DNA from: an uncultured virus (IMG/VR IMGVR_UViG_3300046796_000566)
Lineage: Duplodnaviria > Heunggongvirae > Uroviricota > Caudoviricetes
Strand: one strand, 5' to 3'
Virus record (IMG/VR): IMGVR_UViG_3300046796_000566
Length of the DNA stretch: 64,000 nucleotides
The notes below the pieces were generated by a model that was not told the origin of the DNA, ran no database searches, and was given only the letters and a program-made list of their open reading frames with translations. The stretch's first letter is position 1. Each line of letters opens with the position of its first letter. Below are positions 33,432 to 42,718 of the stretch, in pieces. Position numbers and translations under genes: made by a program.

Positions 33432-33792
33432 TGGGTGGACGAAACAGGTTAAAGGCCGATATTCGGATGGTGGCGGCGGGTTTTGCGCCAGAGGATACAT
33501 TTTGCAAACAAGCATTGATCACTGGATGCATTATCGTCCAGAAGAAATAAGGATCGGGCGATGGATTCAGGCGAATTTGAATCCGCCACAATCCTGCGCA
33601 CTTCCGAATGCTCCAGGTCCGGTTTTCCCAGCATCAGACCCCATCAGCGCCATTGTGTGGGCAAATGATACTGGGGCCCTTGACATCGAAGGTTTCAAGA
33701 TGGCGGACTTACTCAGTCAGGGTTATGTCCCGGAAGAGACCGTGGCAGAGGAAGAAGTGAAGGCGGAGGAAGAATCGGCTATTTGCAAATAA
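33415..33792 (+). CDS. MKSxxDGW-family paralog 3
   Basis: MKSVFDGWTKQ...WANDTGALDIEGFKMADLLSQG. Confidence 0.8.
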   Translation: MKSVFDGWTKQVKGRYSDGGGGFCARGYILQTSIDHWMHYRPEEIRIGRWIQANLNPPQSCALPNAPGPVFPASDPISAIVWANDTGALDIEGFKMADLLSQGYVPEETVAEEEVKAEEESAICK

Positions 33793-33961
33793 TACTTGCT
33801 GGCATATATAGGATCACAATGACACGATTTGTCGATACTATCAGCTATGTCTGGCACCGGTTGTTCCATCGCAGTTTCTACCGGCCCAATCATGGGGAAA
33901 AGATCTGCAGGCGCTGCCTGCGCCGGGACCGTGTTCCATTTTGATCGTTTAAGGAGAGTGT

Positions 33962-34948
33962 ATGGGTGAGAAAGGTGTTCGCATCGAGCGGGTATGGATC
34001 ACGCCGGAAATGGCGCGAAAATGGCTGACCCGCAACATTGAAAACAATCGCACGATTTCCCAGCATCGCGTCCAGCAAATGGGCCGCGACATGCAGTCGG
34101 ATAACTGGGTGGAGAACGGAGAAACCATCAAGTTTGCTGCTACTGGCGAGCTGATTGACGGGCAGAAGCGCCTGACGGCCTGCATTGAGTTCAACGTGCC
34201 GTTCTGGAGCATGGTGGCTTACGGGCTCAAGCGTGATGCATTTTTGACCATCGACCGGAACCAGATCCGATCCATCGGCCAGCAGCTGCACTTGACGCAT
34301 GGTGTAACCGACTACAACAACCTGCAGTCGGCCTTGACGTGGCTTAGCGTGTTTGTGGATGGCATTATCTCGGCCATTCATCCGCGCCCCACAGCCAAGG
34401 AGCTGGAAGATATCCTCAATGACAATCCGGACATGCAGGAGTCGGTAAATCGCGCCGGAGTCATTCACAAGATGGTCCGGACTCCCAGCAGATCAACGCT
34501 GGCGTTTTGCCATTACTGCTTCACACGGCAGGACGCGACGCTGGCCGAGGCATTCTTCGATGCCTTGTCGACGGGTGCTAATCTTCGCACGATAGACCCG
34601 GTGTATCGCCTGCGGGAGCGGCTGATATCCAGCGCTGCGGTGGCCCACAAGCGCATTCCGCGCTTTGAGTTCATTGCCCTGATGTTCAAGGCATGGCAAA
34701 TGGTCAAGGAAGGAAAAACCCTGGAAGGCACGCTGCGATGGCAGGTTGGGGAATCCTTCCCAAGCATCGGCCCGATTGGCACTCTCAAACGTCGACCGGG
34801 AATGATTGCGGTGCAATCGACCAATGTTCCGAAGAAACGCGTCGGCAGACGCGGGAACAAGTACGGTGATGGCAATGCGGAAACCAAAGAGAACCGGGAG
34901 ATCGAAAAGAAAAAGCTCCGCAGCAAGCTCGAAGCTGGAGCGAACTAG
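33962..34948 (+). CDS. ParB/Srx-like (DGQxR) domain protein
   Basis: ITPEMARKWL, NNRTIS, NGETIKF, LIDGQKRLTA. Confidence 0.75.
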   Translation: MGEKGVRIERVWITPEMARKWLTRNIENNRTISQHRVQQMGRDMQSDNWVENGETIKFAATGELIDGQKRLTACIEFNVPFWSMVAYGLKRDAFLTIDRNQIRSIGQQLHLTHGVTDYNNLQSALTWLSVFVDGIISAIHPRPTAKELEDILNDNPDMQESVNRAGVIHKMVRTPSRSTLAFCHYCFTRQDATLAEAFFDALSTGANLRTIDPVYRLRERLISSAAVAHKRIPRFEFIALMFKAWQMVKEGKTLEGTLRWQVGESFPSIGPIGTLKRRPGMIAVQSTNVPKKRVGRRGNKYGDGNAETKENREIEKKKLRSKLEAGAN

Positions 34949-34955
34949 CCTCGCC

Positions 34956-35162
34956 ATGGACCTGTTCATGGACCGGGAATTCACCCGGCGTCATCGCTGC
35001 GAGGCCTGCGAGACGATCTTTACCTGTCCGGCATGCACAGAGCTTGGACGAACCGCACTGGGAACGGTGCGGATCTCCAGGCACTGCATGCGTATCTTTG
35101 CCTGCAGCGACAAATGCAGGAGAAAAATCAAAACACTGAAACACATGAGGAGCTGGTGCTGA
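34956..35162 (+). CDS. Small Cys-rich protein
   Basis: CEAC, CPAC and CSDKC. Confidence 0.55.
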   Translation: MDLFMDREFTRRHRCEACETIFTCPACTELGRTALGTVRISRHCMRIFACSDKCRRKIKTLKHMRSWC

Positions 35163-35163
35163 T

Positions 35164-35352
35164 ATGGACGAAGAAGATTATAGGATCTGGAAAGTGATCG
35201 TGCTGGTTTTTGGAATGCTGCTGAGTTTTATTCTGGCATGTATTCTCTCGGATACTTACCAGAACTTGAAGATGGCCGAGAAGGGTTTTTGCTATTTGTC
35301 GGTGGATCGTCCCGGAGCTAATCCATCCTGGACGTGGGAGAAATGTAAGTAG
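35164..35352 (+). CDS. Small membrane protein
   Basis: One TM helix; two C-terminal Cys. Confidence 0.6.
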   Translation: MDEEDYRIWKVIVLVFGMLLSFILACILSDTYQNLKMAEKGFCYLSVDRPGANPSWTWEKCK

Positions 35353-35667
35353 ATGGAGATACCATTTCAAACCTGCGCACTTCCCGGATGCGACCGTCAT
35401 CGGTTCAGCTTCCACTATCGAACCTGCCGGGAGCATTACATGGCTGGACGCAAGAGCAGCAAGTCCCGTGAACCGGTGGAAGCCACGACCATCGATGCCA
35501 AGTCGGTAGAGCAGAGGATGGACGATCTGGCCTGCAATCACTGCCAGCGGAAGATGGCGGGTCTCAAGGAGCTCCGCGCTCACAAGCGCGAGCACAACTA
35601 TTACAAAGATTCCGAGCCGGACCAGACGTTCAGTATTACCAGCTCGGCGCAGTCGTGGAATGATTAG
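35353..35667 (+). CDS. C2H2 zinc-finger protein
   Basis: CNHC-x12-H-KRE-H. Confidence 0.65.
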   Translation: MEIPFQTCALPGCDRHRFSFHYRTCREHYMAGRKSSKSREPVEATTIDAKSVEQRMDDLACNHCQRKMAGLKELRAHKREHNYYKDSEPDQTFSITSSAQSWND

Positions 35668-36171
35668 ATGATTCTCGGGATTGTTGGAGCAGAGGCGGCA
35701 AAGTTTACCGAATATGGCCAAGCTCGGGCGAAGCTGAATATTCAGTATCTCATCGACAGATTCGAGCCAACGGGGATCTCCTCCGGCGCTTGTCATCTTG
35801 GCGGTGCGGACATATGGGCCGAAGAGGCCGCAGACTACAATGGACTCGAGAAGTTCATCTATCCGCCGAAATATTTAACATGGAAATACTATCAAGCCCG
35901 CAACATTCAGATCGCGGAGAAGTCGGACATTGTTGTGTGTCTGGCTGTGGACAAGTATCCGCCCGACTATGTCGGCATGCGGTTTGAGTACTGCTATCAC
36001 TGCGTCCGGCTGAATGAGCCGGATCATATAAAATCCGGCGGATGCTGGACGACAAAATATGCGCGAGTGAAGCTGGGGAAAGAAGGTAGACTCGTTGTGA
36101 TTAACAATGAGGATCCACTTTTCCATACCGCTGGTAGTGCCGTCACTGAAGAACCAGAAGCGTCTGGGTAA
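35668..36171 (+). CDS. SLOG/YspA-like nucleotide-binding protein
   Basis: ISSGAC.LGGADIWAEE, YQARNIQIAE.SD, SGGCWT. Confidence 0.7.
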   Translation: MILGIVGAEAAKFTEYGQARAKLNIQYLIDRFEPTGISSGACHLGGADIWAEEAADYNGLEKFIYPPKYLTWKYYQARNIQIAEKSDIVVCLAVDKYPPDYVGMRFEYCYHCVRLNEPDHIKSGGCWTTKYARVKLGKEGRLVVINNEDPLFHTAGSAVTEEPEASG

Positions 36172-36466
36172 AGGCAGGATGTTCGATGATCCGGAAGTTA
36201 AAGCCTTTAAACGGGATTTCCCAATACTTGTTCCGAAGAAGTATCGCCTTCTTGGTCTTGGGTCCAAAAAGCGATTTCTTGAAGTCTCTATACGGCTTTT
36301 CCATAAGGACTGGCGTCGGGATGCCGACGTGGAGGCCGTCTATGATTCGCTGCAGACGGCTGGCGTGGTCAGTAATGACCGCTGGATACGTGTCAAGCAT
36401 GTCTACGCGACTGAAGTCGACCCAGTGAATCCACGGGTAGAGATTATGATTGAAGAGTTGGGTTGA
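36107..36466 (+). CDS. rusA: RusA-like Holliday junction resolvase
   Basis: PSLKN, RRDAD, YDSLQ.AGVVSNDRWI, NPRVEI. Confidence 0.8.
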   Translation: MRIHFSIPLVVPSLKNQKRLGKGRMFDDPEVKAFKRDFPILVPKKYRLLGLGSKKRFLEVSIRLFHKDWRRDADVEAVYDSLQTAGVVSNDRWIRVKHVYATEVDPVNPRVEIMIEELG

Positions 36467-36504
36467 CTGGGAGGCACTCTTATGCCAAAATATTTCTTGG
36501 TGGC

Positions 36505-36753
36505 ATGAAGACATCTCACGTTTCGTATCCGTCAGGAAAAGGTTCCAGGAGCAAAGTATTTCCGGAGATCAATCGCGCTGAAGTGGCCCGGCAATTGGAT
36601 ATCACCCGCAGCCACGTCAGCAAGATCCTCTCCGGCCATGTCGAGCCTAGCTCGGATATCCTGCTGCGCCTTGCGGCGGTGCTGGGTATCCGGGCGGAAG
36701 AGTTGATGAATCGAATCCATCAGGTGAATGCACTCCACGTTTCAGAAAGGTGA
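36505..36753 (+). CDS. XRE-family HTH regulator
   Basis: NRAEVARQLDITRSHVSKILSG..EPS; TTGACT-N17-CAAAAT upstream. Confidence 0.85.
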   Translation: MKTSHVSYPSGKGSRSKVFPEINRAEVARQLDITRSHVSKILSGHVEPSSDILLRLAAVLGIRAEELMNRIHQVNALHVSER

Positions 36754-36769
36754 GCCCTCAGGAAATCCC

Positions 36770-37045
36770 ATGCAAAACAATTCCAATCGTTTGTTTGTCG
36801 GAGGCCTGTCCTTTGGAATGGACAAGGATGCACTAACAGCCCTGTTCAAGGACGCAGGCTTTGAAGTCGTCGATGCCTTCATTGTCAAGGACCGCGAGAC
36901 CCAGCGCAGCAAGGGCTATGGGTTCGTTACCCTCGGCGTCCGCAGCAATCCCGAAGCTGCCATTGCCGCGTTGAATGGCCGTGTGGTGGGTGCTCGAGAG
37001 TTGACGGTCAACAAGGCGAATCCCAAAGCCGTGGTGAAAAAGTAA
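36770..37045 (+). CDS. RRM RNA-binding protein
   Basis: RNP2 LFVGGL; RNP1 KGYGFVTL; DRETQRS; LTVNKA. Confidence 0.95.
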   Translation: MQNNSNRLFVGGLSFGMDKDALTALFKDAGFEVVDAFIVKDRETQRSKGYGFVTLGVRSNPEAAIAALNGRVVGARELTVNKANPKAVVKK

Positions 37046-37365
37046 TGGGGTTCCGTGAAGACGCCGTTGCATTCAAGCGCATGCTGCCGCGTCTGGAAGA
37101 TCTTCCCATCACCGGCAAGGATCTGGATCAGGCCAGAGACTTGATGGAAGAAGCACTCGTGTTGAAGAAGATGCTCGATCCACTTGAGGAGCACAGTCCC
37201 GCGCATCGCTATCAGGAAGTCAAGCAGGCCCTGGCTGTGCTGGCAGCTTCAAGAACCACCAGCGGTGGCTTCCGTCACAACAAAATCGCATTCGCTTCTA
37301 TTAAACGCACCAGCCCCGGCGGTCTGGAATACCGGGTCAATTCTATTGAGGAACTCCCGGAATGA
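37045..37365 (+). CDS. Hypothetical protein
   Basis: 106 aa; coupled. Confidence 0.6.
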   Translation: MGFREDAVAFKRMLPRLEDLPITGKDLDQARDLMEEALVLKKMLDPLEEHSPAHRYQEVKQALAVLAASRTTSGGFRHNKIAFASIKRTSPGGLEYRVNSIEELPE

Positions 37366-38549
37366 GACCAGTCCCGATTCTGTTTGTTAGCGATAATCCT
37401 GCCCTGCCATCTGGATTGAGCCGTATCACCAAGGACCTGGCTATCCATGTCTCGTCGCTGCCGCAGTTCCGAGTGGGCGTGTTCGGTCGCGGCGGGATGT
37501 CTTCCATCCAGCTTCCCTTTGCCCAGTATCCCTTCCCGGACTTCTTCCAATGGGGTGAGGAGCAGATCCAAGGGGTCTGGCAAGACTTCTCTCGAGGAGA
37601 GCCCGGCATCATCATGACCATCTGGGATCCCTCGCGGCTGGGATGGTTCGCCCGGCCACGAATGGGCGGTGAGCTCCAGAAGTTCCTGCTGTCTTCCAAG
37701 ATTTCCAAGTGGGGCTATTTCCCTGTGGATAGCTACGGGGTTGGCGGCAAGCTAACGGGCCAGATGGGAGACACGCTACTCGGGTATAACCGGGTATTGG
37801 CCTACACCCTATTCGGCAAGCAGGTTTTGGAGGAGACCATGAACACCCAGGACCTGCCGTGGATTCCCCATGGCTACAATGCTGCCGTATTTGCCCCCAG
37901 AGGCCGCGTGGCTGGCCGCACGATGCTGGGGGTAGGAATAGACGACCGGGTAGTCGGCTGCGTCATGACGAACCAGCCACGCAAAGACTGGGGCATCGCC
38001 TTCGGTGCTGCTGCATACATGTGTGGCATTGCCCAGAACCAGGCCAAGGACATCAAGTTCTGGTTTCATACCGACTCGGTGGATTTGAACTGGGACTTTC
38101 GCGCCCTCATCAACGACTTCGGCCTGAACGGCAAGATCATCCTGACCATGACCGGGGACTACGATTCCGAACAGCTCAGCTATCTCTATAGCGCCTGCGA
38201 TGTGACGATGCTGCCTAGTCTTGGAGAAGGTTTCGGCTATCCCATCATCGAGTCCATGGCCTGTGGAGTGCCGGTGGCTCATGGAAACTACGGTGGAGGC
38301 GCAGAGCTGGTGCGTGCGGCAGAGCCGGAATGGCTGGTCCAGCCGAAGATGGAACGCCTGGAGAGCCGATGGAACAATGTGCGTCCCGTATTTAATCCTA
38401 CGGATTGGGGAGAGCGGCTGACCTGGATGATGGATGATACCGAGGGCGGCTCCGCAAAGGAGATGTGTCTGGCCGCAGTCGATCATTTGAAATGGGAGAA
38501 CCTCTGGCCGGTGTGGAAGAAATGGTTCCTCGAAGGGATCGGAGAATGA
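37362..38549 (+). CDS. GT4-family (GT-B) glycosyltransferase
   Basis: SDNP..PSG, IPHG, NQPRKD, YSACDV..LPSLGEGFGYPIIESMACGVP. Confidence 0.95.
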   Translation: MRPVPILFVSDNPALPSGLSRITKDLAIHVSSLPQFRVGVFGRGGMSSIQLPFAQYPFPDFFQWGEEQIQGVWQDFSRGEPGIIMTIWDPSRLGWFARPRMGGELQKFLLSSKISKWGYFPVDSYGVGGKLTGQMGDTLLGYNRVLAYTLFGKQVLEETMNTQDLPWIPHGYNAAVFAPRGRVAGRTMLGVGIDDRVVGCVMTNQPRKDWGIAFGAAAYMCGIAQNQAKDIKFWFHTDSVDLNWDFRALINDFGLNGKIILTMTGDYDSEQLSYLYSACDVTMLPSLGEGFGYPIIESMACGVPVAHGNYGGGAELVRAAEPEWLVQPKMERLESRWNNVRPVFNPTDWGERLTWMMDDTEGGSAKEMCLAAVDHLKWENLWPVWKKWFLEGIGE

Positions 38550-39265
38550 ATCTGGCGATCTGCGTGGCAACGATGCAACAGAAGAACCCGCCCGGAGAGA
38601 TCGGCGGCTGGATCGAGAGAGCAAGCGACTTTCAGATCCCACTCTTCGGTGTATACAACACACCGGAACATAACCTTGGAGTGGTAGGCAGCTATCACGA
38701 GCTTTACCAAAAGCATCCCGAGACAGACATCCTCTGCTATCTCCACGACGACCTGGTATGCCGTGAGGACGGATGGGATGTGAGGGTGGCTAAGGAGTTC
38801 GAAGATCCCAAGGTGGCCATCGTTGGATTTGGTGGCGCACTGGCGCATGGTGCGAAGGATCTCTACAAGGTTCCGTACCGGCTGAATGATTTGGCTCGGT
38901 TCGATTACATGTCCAACGTGGACGATGCGGAGTTTCATGGTGAAAGATTTACCGGTTCTCGTGACGTTGCTGTTTTGGATGGGTTTGCTCTGTGCGTTCG
39001 GAGGAGCTTTCTTGATCGCATTGGCGGCTGGGAGCAGATTGCTCGGGGCTGCGATTTTTTCTGTTATGACTATGCCCTGTCCGGACTTGGACGCAGGCAT
39101 GACTATCGGACTCGTCTTATTGGCATCCGCTGTCATCACTTTGGAGGCGGCACAAGTGTTACTGAAAAGGTTAGACAAATAACCAGCCAGCTGGCTTATG
39201 ACAAGGCGCACCGCTGGTTCTATGACGAGTTCAGGGATGTGATGCCGTGGAGGGTGCCACGATGA
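38546..39265 (+). CDS. GT-A (GT2-like) glycosyltransferase
   Basis: ILCYLHDDL, VAVLDG, FFCYD, CHHFGG. Confidence 0.85.
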   Translation: MNLAICVATMQQKNPPGEIGGWIERASDFQIPLFGVYNTPEHNLGVVGSYHELYQKHPETDILCYLHDDLVCREDGWDVRVAKEFEDPKVAIVGFGGALAHGAKDLYKVPYRLNDLARFDYMSNVDDAEFHGERFTGSRDVAVLDGFALCVRRSFLDRIGGWEQIARGCDFFCYDYALSGLGRRHDYRTRLIGIRCHHFGGGTSVTEKVRQITSQLAYDKAHRWFYDEFRDVMPWRVPR

Positions 39266-39381
39266 TTTTATTCTCATGGGATGATCGCCTCGTATTGGCA
39301 GCCTTGGGTGTTATGGCTATCGGCGTGGGCGTCTTTTTGATCTTTCGCGCAATTAAGGGAATGTAGTGTGGTGATTTACAG

Positions 39382-40080
39382 ATGAACATCGTGATCATTA
39401 CCACTGGCACCCGTCCGGCCTTCTTTCTGCAGACCATTCAGTCGCTGATCAAGAACGCCGTAGACCCGAAGGCGCACCATCTTACATATGTTTATGACCT
39501 TCCAATTGGGTATGACGAATGTCAGATCTTCCATGGCGATACCACGATTCAACTGGAAGCTCAAGGGGCATCCGCAGCAAGAAATACTGGAGTGGGTTCC
39601 ATCCCTAACTATCGGCGGCGGAAGCATGTCATGTTTCTCGACGACGACGTTTATATGTGTCCGGGATGGGATCGGATGTTAGGCGCGATCATGGACTGCT
39701 TACCATACACTGCCGTAAGCGGTCATGCTCATCCATTCAATCGGGAAGAGCCCGGCTCCTATCAGGTTACCGGAAGCCAGTTTCGATTTAAGGCCACCAG
39801 TGTTCTAAGTACCGTCAACATTGCTATGCCATGGAGTGTGTGGGACAAGGTCGGATACTTTACTGAGCCCGGCGGCCCAGGTGGCAGCGAGGACGTGGAC
39901 TGGTGTAAGAGGGCGACTGACAAGGGCTATGGCCTCGCCGTTACCGATCCTCAGTGCGTGATCCATTGCGGCCTGACTTCCAGTTCCGGCAAACAGATCG
40001 TCGGCTATGACCTGATGACGAAACAGAACGGCGAGTTGATCGGCCTGTATGGTTTGGCCGGAAAGGTTCAACAGGCATGA
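39382..40080 (+). CDS. GT2 glycosyltransferase
   Basis: GASAARNTG, MFLDDD, VGYF, GSEDVDWC. Confidence 0.9.
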   Translation: MNIVIITTGTRPAFFLQTIQSLIKNAVDPKAHHLTYVYDLPIGYDECQIFHGDTTIQLEAQGASAARNTGVGSIPNYRRRKHVMFLDDDVYMCPGWDRMLGAIMDCLPYTAVSGHAHPFNREEPGSYQVTGSQFRFKATSVLSTVNIAMPWSVWDKVGYFTEPGGPGGSEDVDWCKRATDKGYGLAVTDPQCVIHCGLTSSSGKQIVGYDLMTKQNGELIGLYGLAGKVQQA

Positions 40081-40796
40081 GACTGATGGTGGACACCGCA
40101 GCCTTCTGGCCATCGGAAGAGATTGCCAGAAAGAAGCTCTGGATATTCCTGGCATCATGTCGAAAGTTCAATATCCCTAACGATATTCTCCGGCTCTATG
40201 GAATGGGGACTCCGCAATACCCCGGGCTGCTGCGCATGAGGCTGGATGGACAGCTGAAGTTTCTCAGGGAGAACACCGAAGGCTTCACTCATGTGCTTTA
40301 CACCGATGGATGGGACGCCATGTTCACCGCATCGCTGGATGAAATCGTGGGCAAGTACAGGACTGCCGGGTCTCCGCCCATGCTTACCGGCGGCGGGTTT
40401 ATGTTTGGCAACGAGCCCGACATCGACAAGACTCCATACGCGCACCTCTACGACAAGAGGGTGAAATACCGATACCCTTCCATGGCAGGCTACATCGCAG
40501 AGATCCCTTACTTGATCGACATCTTCTCAAGGATGAACAAGGAAGAGCGTGCGGATGACAACTTCGCATGGGCCGAGGCTGTTCGCGAAGGATGGTTTGC
40601 TCCGGTTGTGGATACCAGCTGCCAGATATTCCAGGACCAGGAAGACGACTGCGCTCTGGATAACGGGCGGCTCTACAACCTGTTGACCGACTCGCAGCCC
40701 TGCATCCTCCATTTAGGCGGAGGGTATGTGAACCCGGAGACTGGCAAGGACGAGCGGCTGCTGCCATGGGCAAGAAAGATGGGGATCATACAGTGA
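40077..40796 (+). CDS. PLOD/LH3-like GT-A glycosyltransferase
   Basis: HVLYTDGWD, YRYPSMAGY, DD, DTSCQIFQ, PCILHLGG. Confidence 0.7.
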   Translation: MRLMVDTAAFWPSEEIARKKLWIFLASCRKFNIPNDILRLYGMGTPQYPGLLRMRLDGQLKFLRENTEGFTHVLYTDGWDAMFTASLDEIVGKYRTAGSPPMLTGGGFMFGNEPDIDKTPYAHLYDKRVKYRYPSMAGYIAEIPYLIDIFSRMNKEERADDNFAWAEAVREGWFAPVVDTSCQIFQDQEDDCALDNGRLYNLLTDSQPCILHLGGGYVNPETGKDERLLPWARKMGIIQ

Positions 40797-42718
40797 AAAC
40801 TTTCCATCACGGCGGACGATTTGGCGATCTGTTCTACGCGCTCTGGACCATGCGCGAGCTGGGCGGCGGCAAGCTCATTGTCTCGGACTATCATCGTCCG
40901 AACTGGTCTCTGGATATGGCGCGGACACTGGAGTCGTTCCTGCGATACCAGCCCTATATCCAAGATGTGAAGTTCATGCATTACCGAGATGTTCCGGTGG
41001 TGGACTACAACCTTCAGACTGCCGAAGATGATTTCAATCCCGAAGCGTTCCCGGAATGTCCGGGACTGGATAGGAACCACTGGCCCGGCAACATCAACAT
41101 CGCCAAGCGGTATGCGGTTCACTTCGGACTGACCTACAGGCCGGGAGAGAAGTGGCTGGAGGCCCCAGTATTTGAGGGATTATCACCTCCGGTCGTTATC
41201 CATGCGAAGGATTCACGGATGGTTCGACCTGTAAATGAATGGGGCAGGGTAATTTGTAATAGCTCAATCATGAGCTATCTGCTTCCAGATGGCGGGGACT
41301 GGATGGATACGGCCAAGGTTATCAACAGCTCGAAGTTATTTCTGGGAGTAGTCAGCGGTCCTCACGCGCTGGCTGAGGGGCTGGGTAAGCGCAGGTTCGT
41401 GGAGCAGGCTCCAGACTGCTTCAATGTGAGCGTGCTGCCGCCGAGTGTCTGCATCAACGACTGGAGCGTAAAAAGCGTGATCTGGGAGGTCAAACAAGCC
41501 TTGAATCTCGACCATGTAAATAAATCGGATGAATATATTACAGCCCTCGACCGCGTAAAGGTCGGCGACTTCCTCAAGCAAGGCTATGAGATTCGCGGGA
41601 TCGTACATGTGGGCGCGAACGATGGCTACGAAGTGCAGTGGTATCGCAAGCTCGGGATCTACCCGATCCTGTGCTTTGAACCTACCGAAGGCGCATACAA
41701 ACGATTCCAGGATCGCTATGGAAATGACAAGGCCGTGACCTGTCTGAACTCCGGCCTTGGGAACATCACCGGCATGCTGGACATTCTCGTGATGGGAGAG
41801 GACGGCAAAGACGATGGCGGCTCGTCATTCCTGCCGGAGCTGGAGTGGCTGCCGCACGGATTTTCCATTCCCTCCACGACCCATACTGCTCACGCCCGAA
41901 TGGATCGGTGGGGAGCCATGACCGGCATCGACAAGGCCGCTTATAATTGCTGCGTGATCGATGTACAGGGCATGGAGCTGGACGTGGTACGCGGGATGGA
42001 TGAAGACATTCAACTCTTCGACTTGTTCATCATCGAATGCAGTTCCAAACCCGCATACAAAGGTGGAGCGTGGGGCGATGAAGTGGTTGCGTATATGAGC
42101 CGCATGGGATTTGACCAGACCACGCCGATGTGTACGCATGATGATGTGTACTTCGTGAAGCGTGGCCTAAGAAAGACGGAGGCCTTGAACGTCGTGAAGG
42201 AAATGCCGAAAGGAAACAAGCTGAATGCGGGCTCGGGCCAGCGGCCCTTCGACCAGAAGCAAGGCTGGATCAACTTGGATATCAGCGACAAGGAGAAGCC
42301 CGACATCGTGGGGGACTGGAATGACCTGACGATGTTCGATGACAACTCGATGGACATCGTGGTCAGTCACCATTCCCTCGAGCACGTCGGATGCAATGAA
42401 GGATTCAGCTTCCTCTGTCACGCGTTCCGGATCTTAAAGCCGGGTGGAAGTCTAATGGTATTCGTCCCCGACATCCGCGCATTGGCGCAACGGTTCTTGA
42501 CGGGCCAGATCGAGACGCAGATCTATACCACCAACATCTACGGACCGTTTGATGGGACCGATGGGTCGCGCCATAAATGGGGATACGACCGGGAGTCGCT
42601 TCGGAAGTTTCTCTCGCAGGCCGGATGGACATCCATCAAGCCGTTTGACTGGAGGGTTGTTCCAGGCGCGGACTTTGCACGCGACTGGCATGTGCTGGCA
42701 TTGGAGTGCGTGAAGTGA
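40793..42718 (+). CDS. Three-domain fusion: GT9-like + FkbM methyltransferase + class I SAM methyltransferase
   Basis: HGGRFGD and FLGVVSGPHALAEGLG; IVHVGANDG, FEP and IDVQGMELDVVRG; LNAGSG, NLD, HSLEH and RILKPGG. Confidence 0.85.
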   Translation: MKTFHHGGRFGDLFYALWTMRELGGGKLIVSDYHRPNWSLDMARTLESFLRYQPYIQDVKFMHYRDVPVVDYNLQTAEDDFNPEAFPECPGLDRNHWPGNINIAKRYAVHFGLTYRPGEKWLEAPVFEGLSPPVVIHAKDSRMVRPVNEWGRVICNSSIMSYLLPDGGDWMDTAKVINSSKLFLGVVSGPHALAEGLGKRRFVEQAPDCFNVSVLPPSVCINDWSVKSVIWEVKQALNLDHVNKSDEYITALDRVKVGDFLKQGYEIRGIVHVGANDGYEVQWYRKLGIYPILCFEPTEGAYKRFQDRYGNDKAVTCLNSGLGNITGMLDILVMGEDGKDDGGSSFLPELEWLPHGFSIPSTTHTAHARMDRWGAMTGIDKAAYNCCVIDVQGMELDVVRGMDEDIQLFDLFIIECSSKPAYKGGAWGDEVVAYMSRMGFDQTTPMCTHDDVYFVKRGLRKTEALNVVKEMPKGNKLNAGSGQRPFDQKQGWINLDISDKEKPDIVGDWNDLTMFDDNSMDIVVSHHSLEHVGCNEGFSFLCHAFRILKPGGSLMVFVPDIRALAQRFLTGQIETQIYTTNIYGPFDGTDGSRHKWGYDRESLRKFLSQAGWTSIKPFDWRVVPGADFARDWHVLALECVK

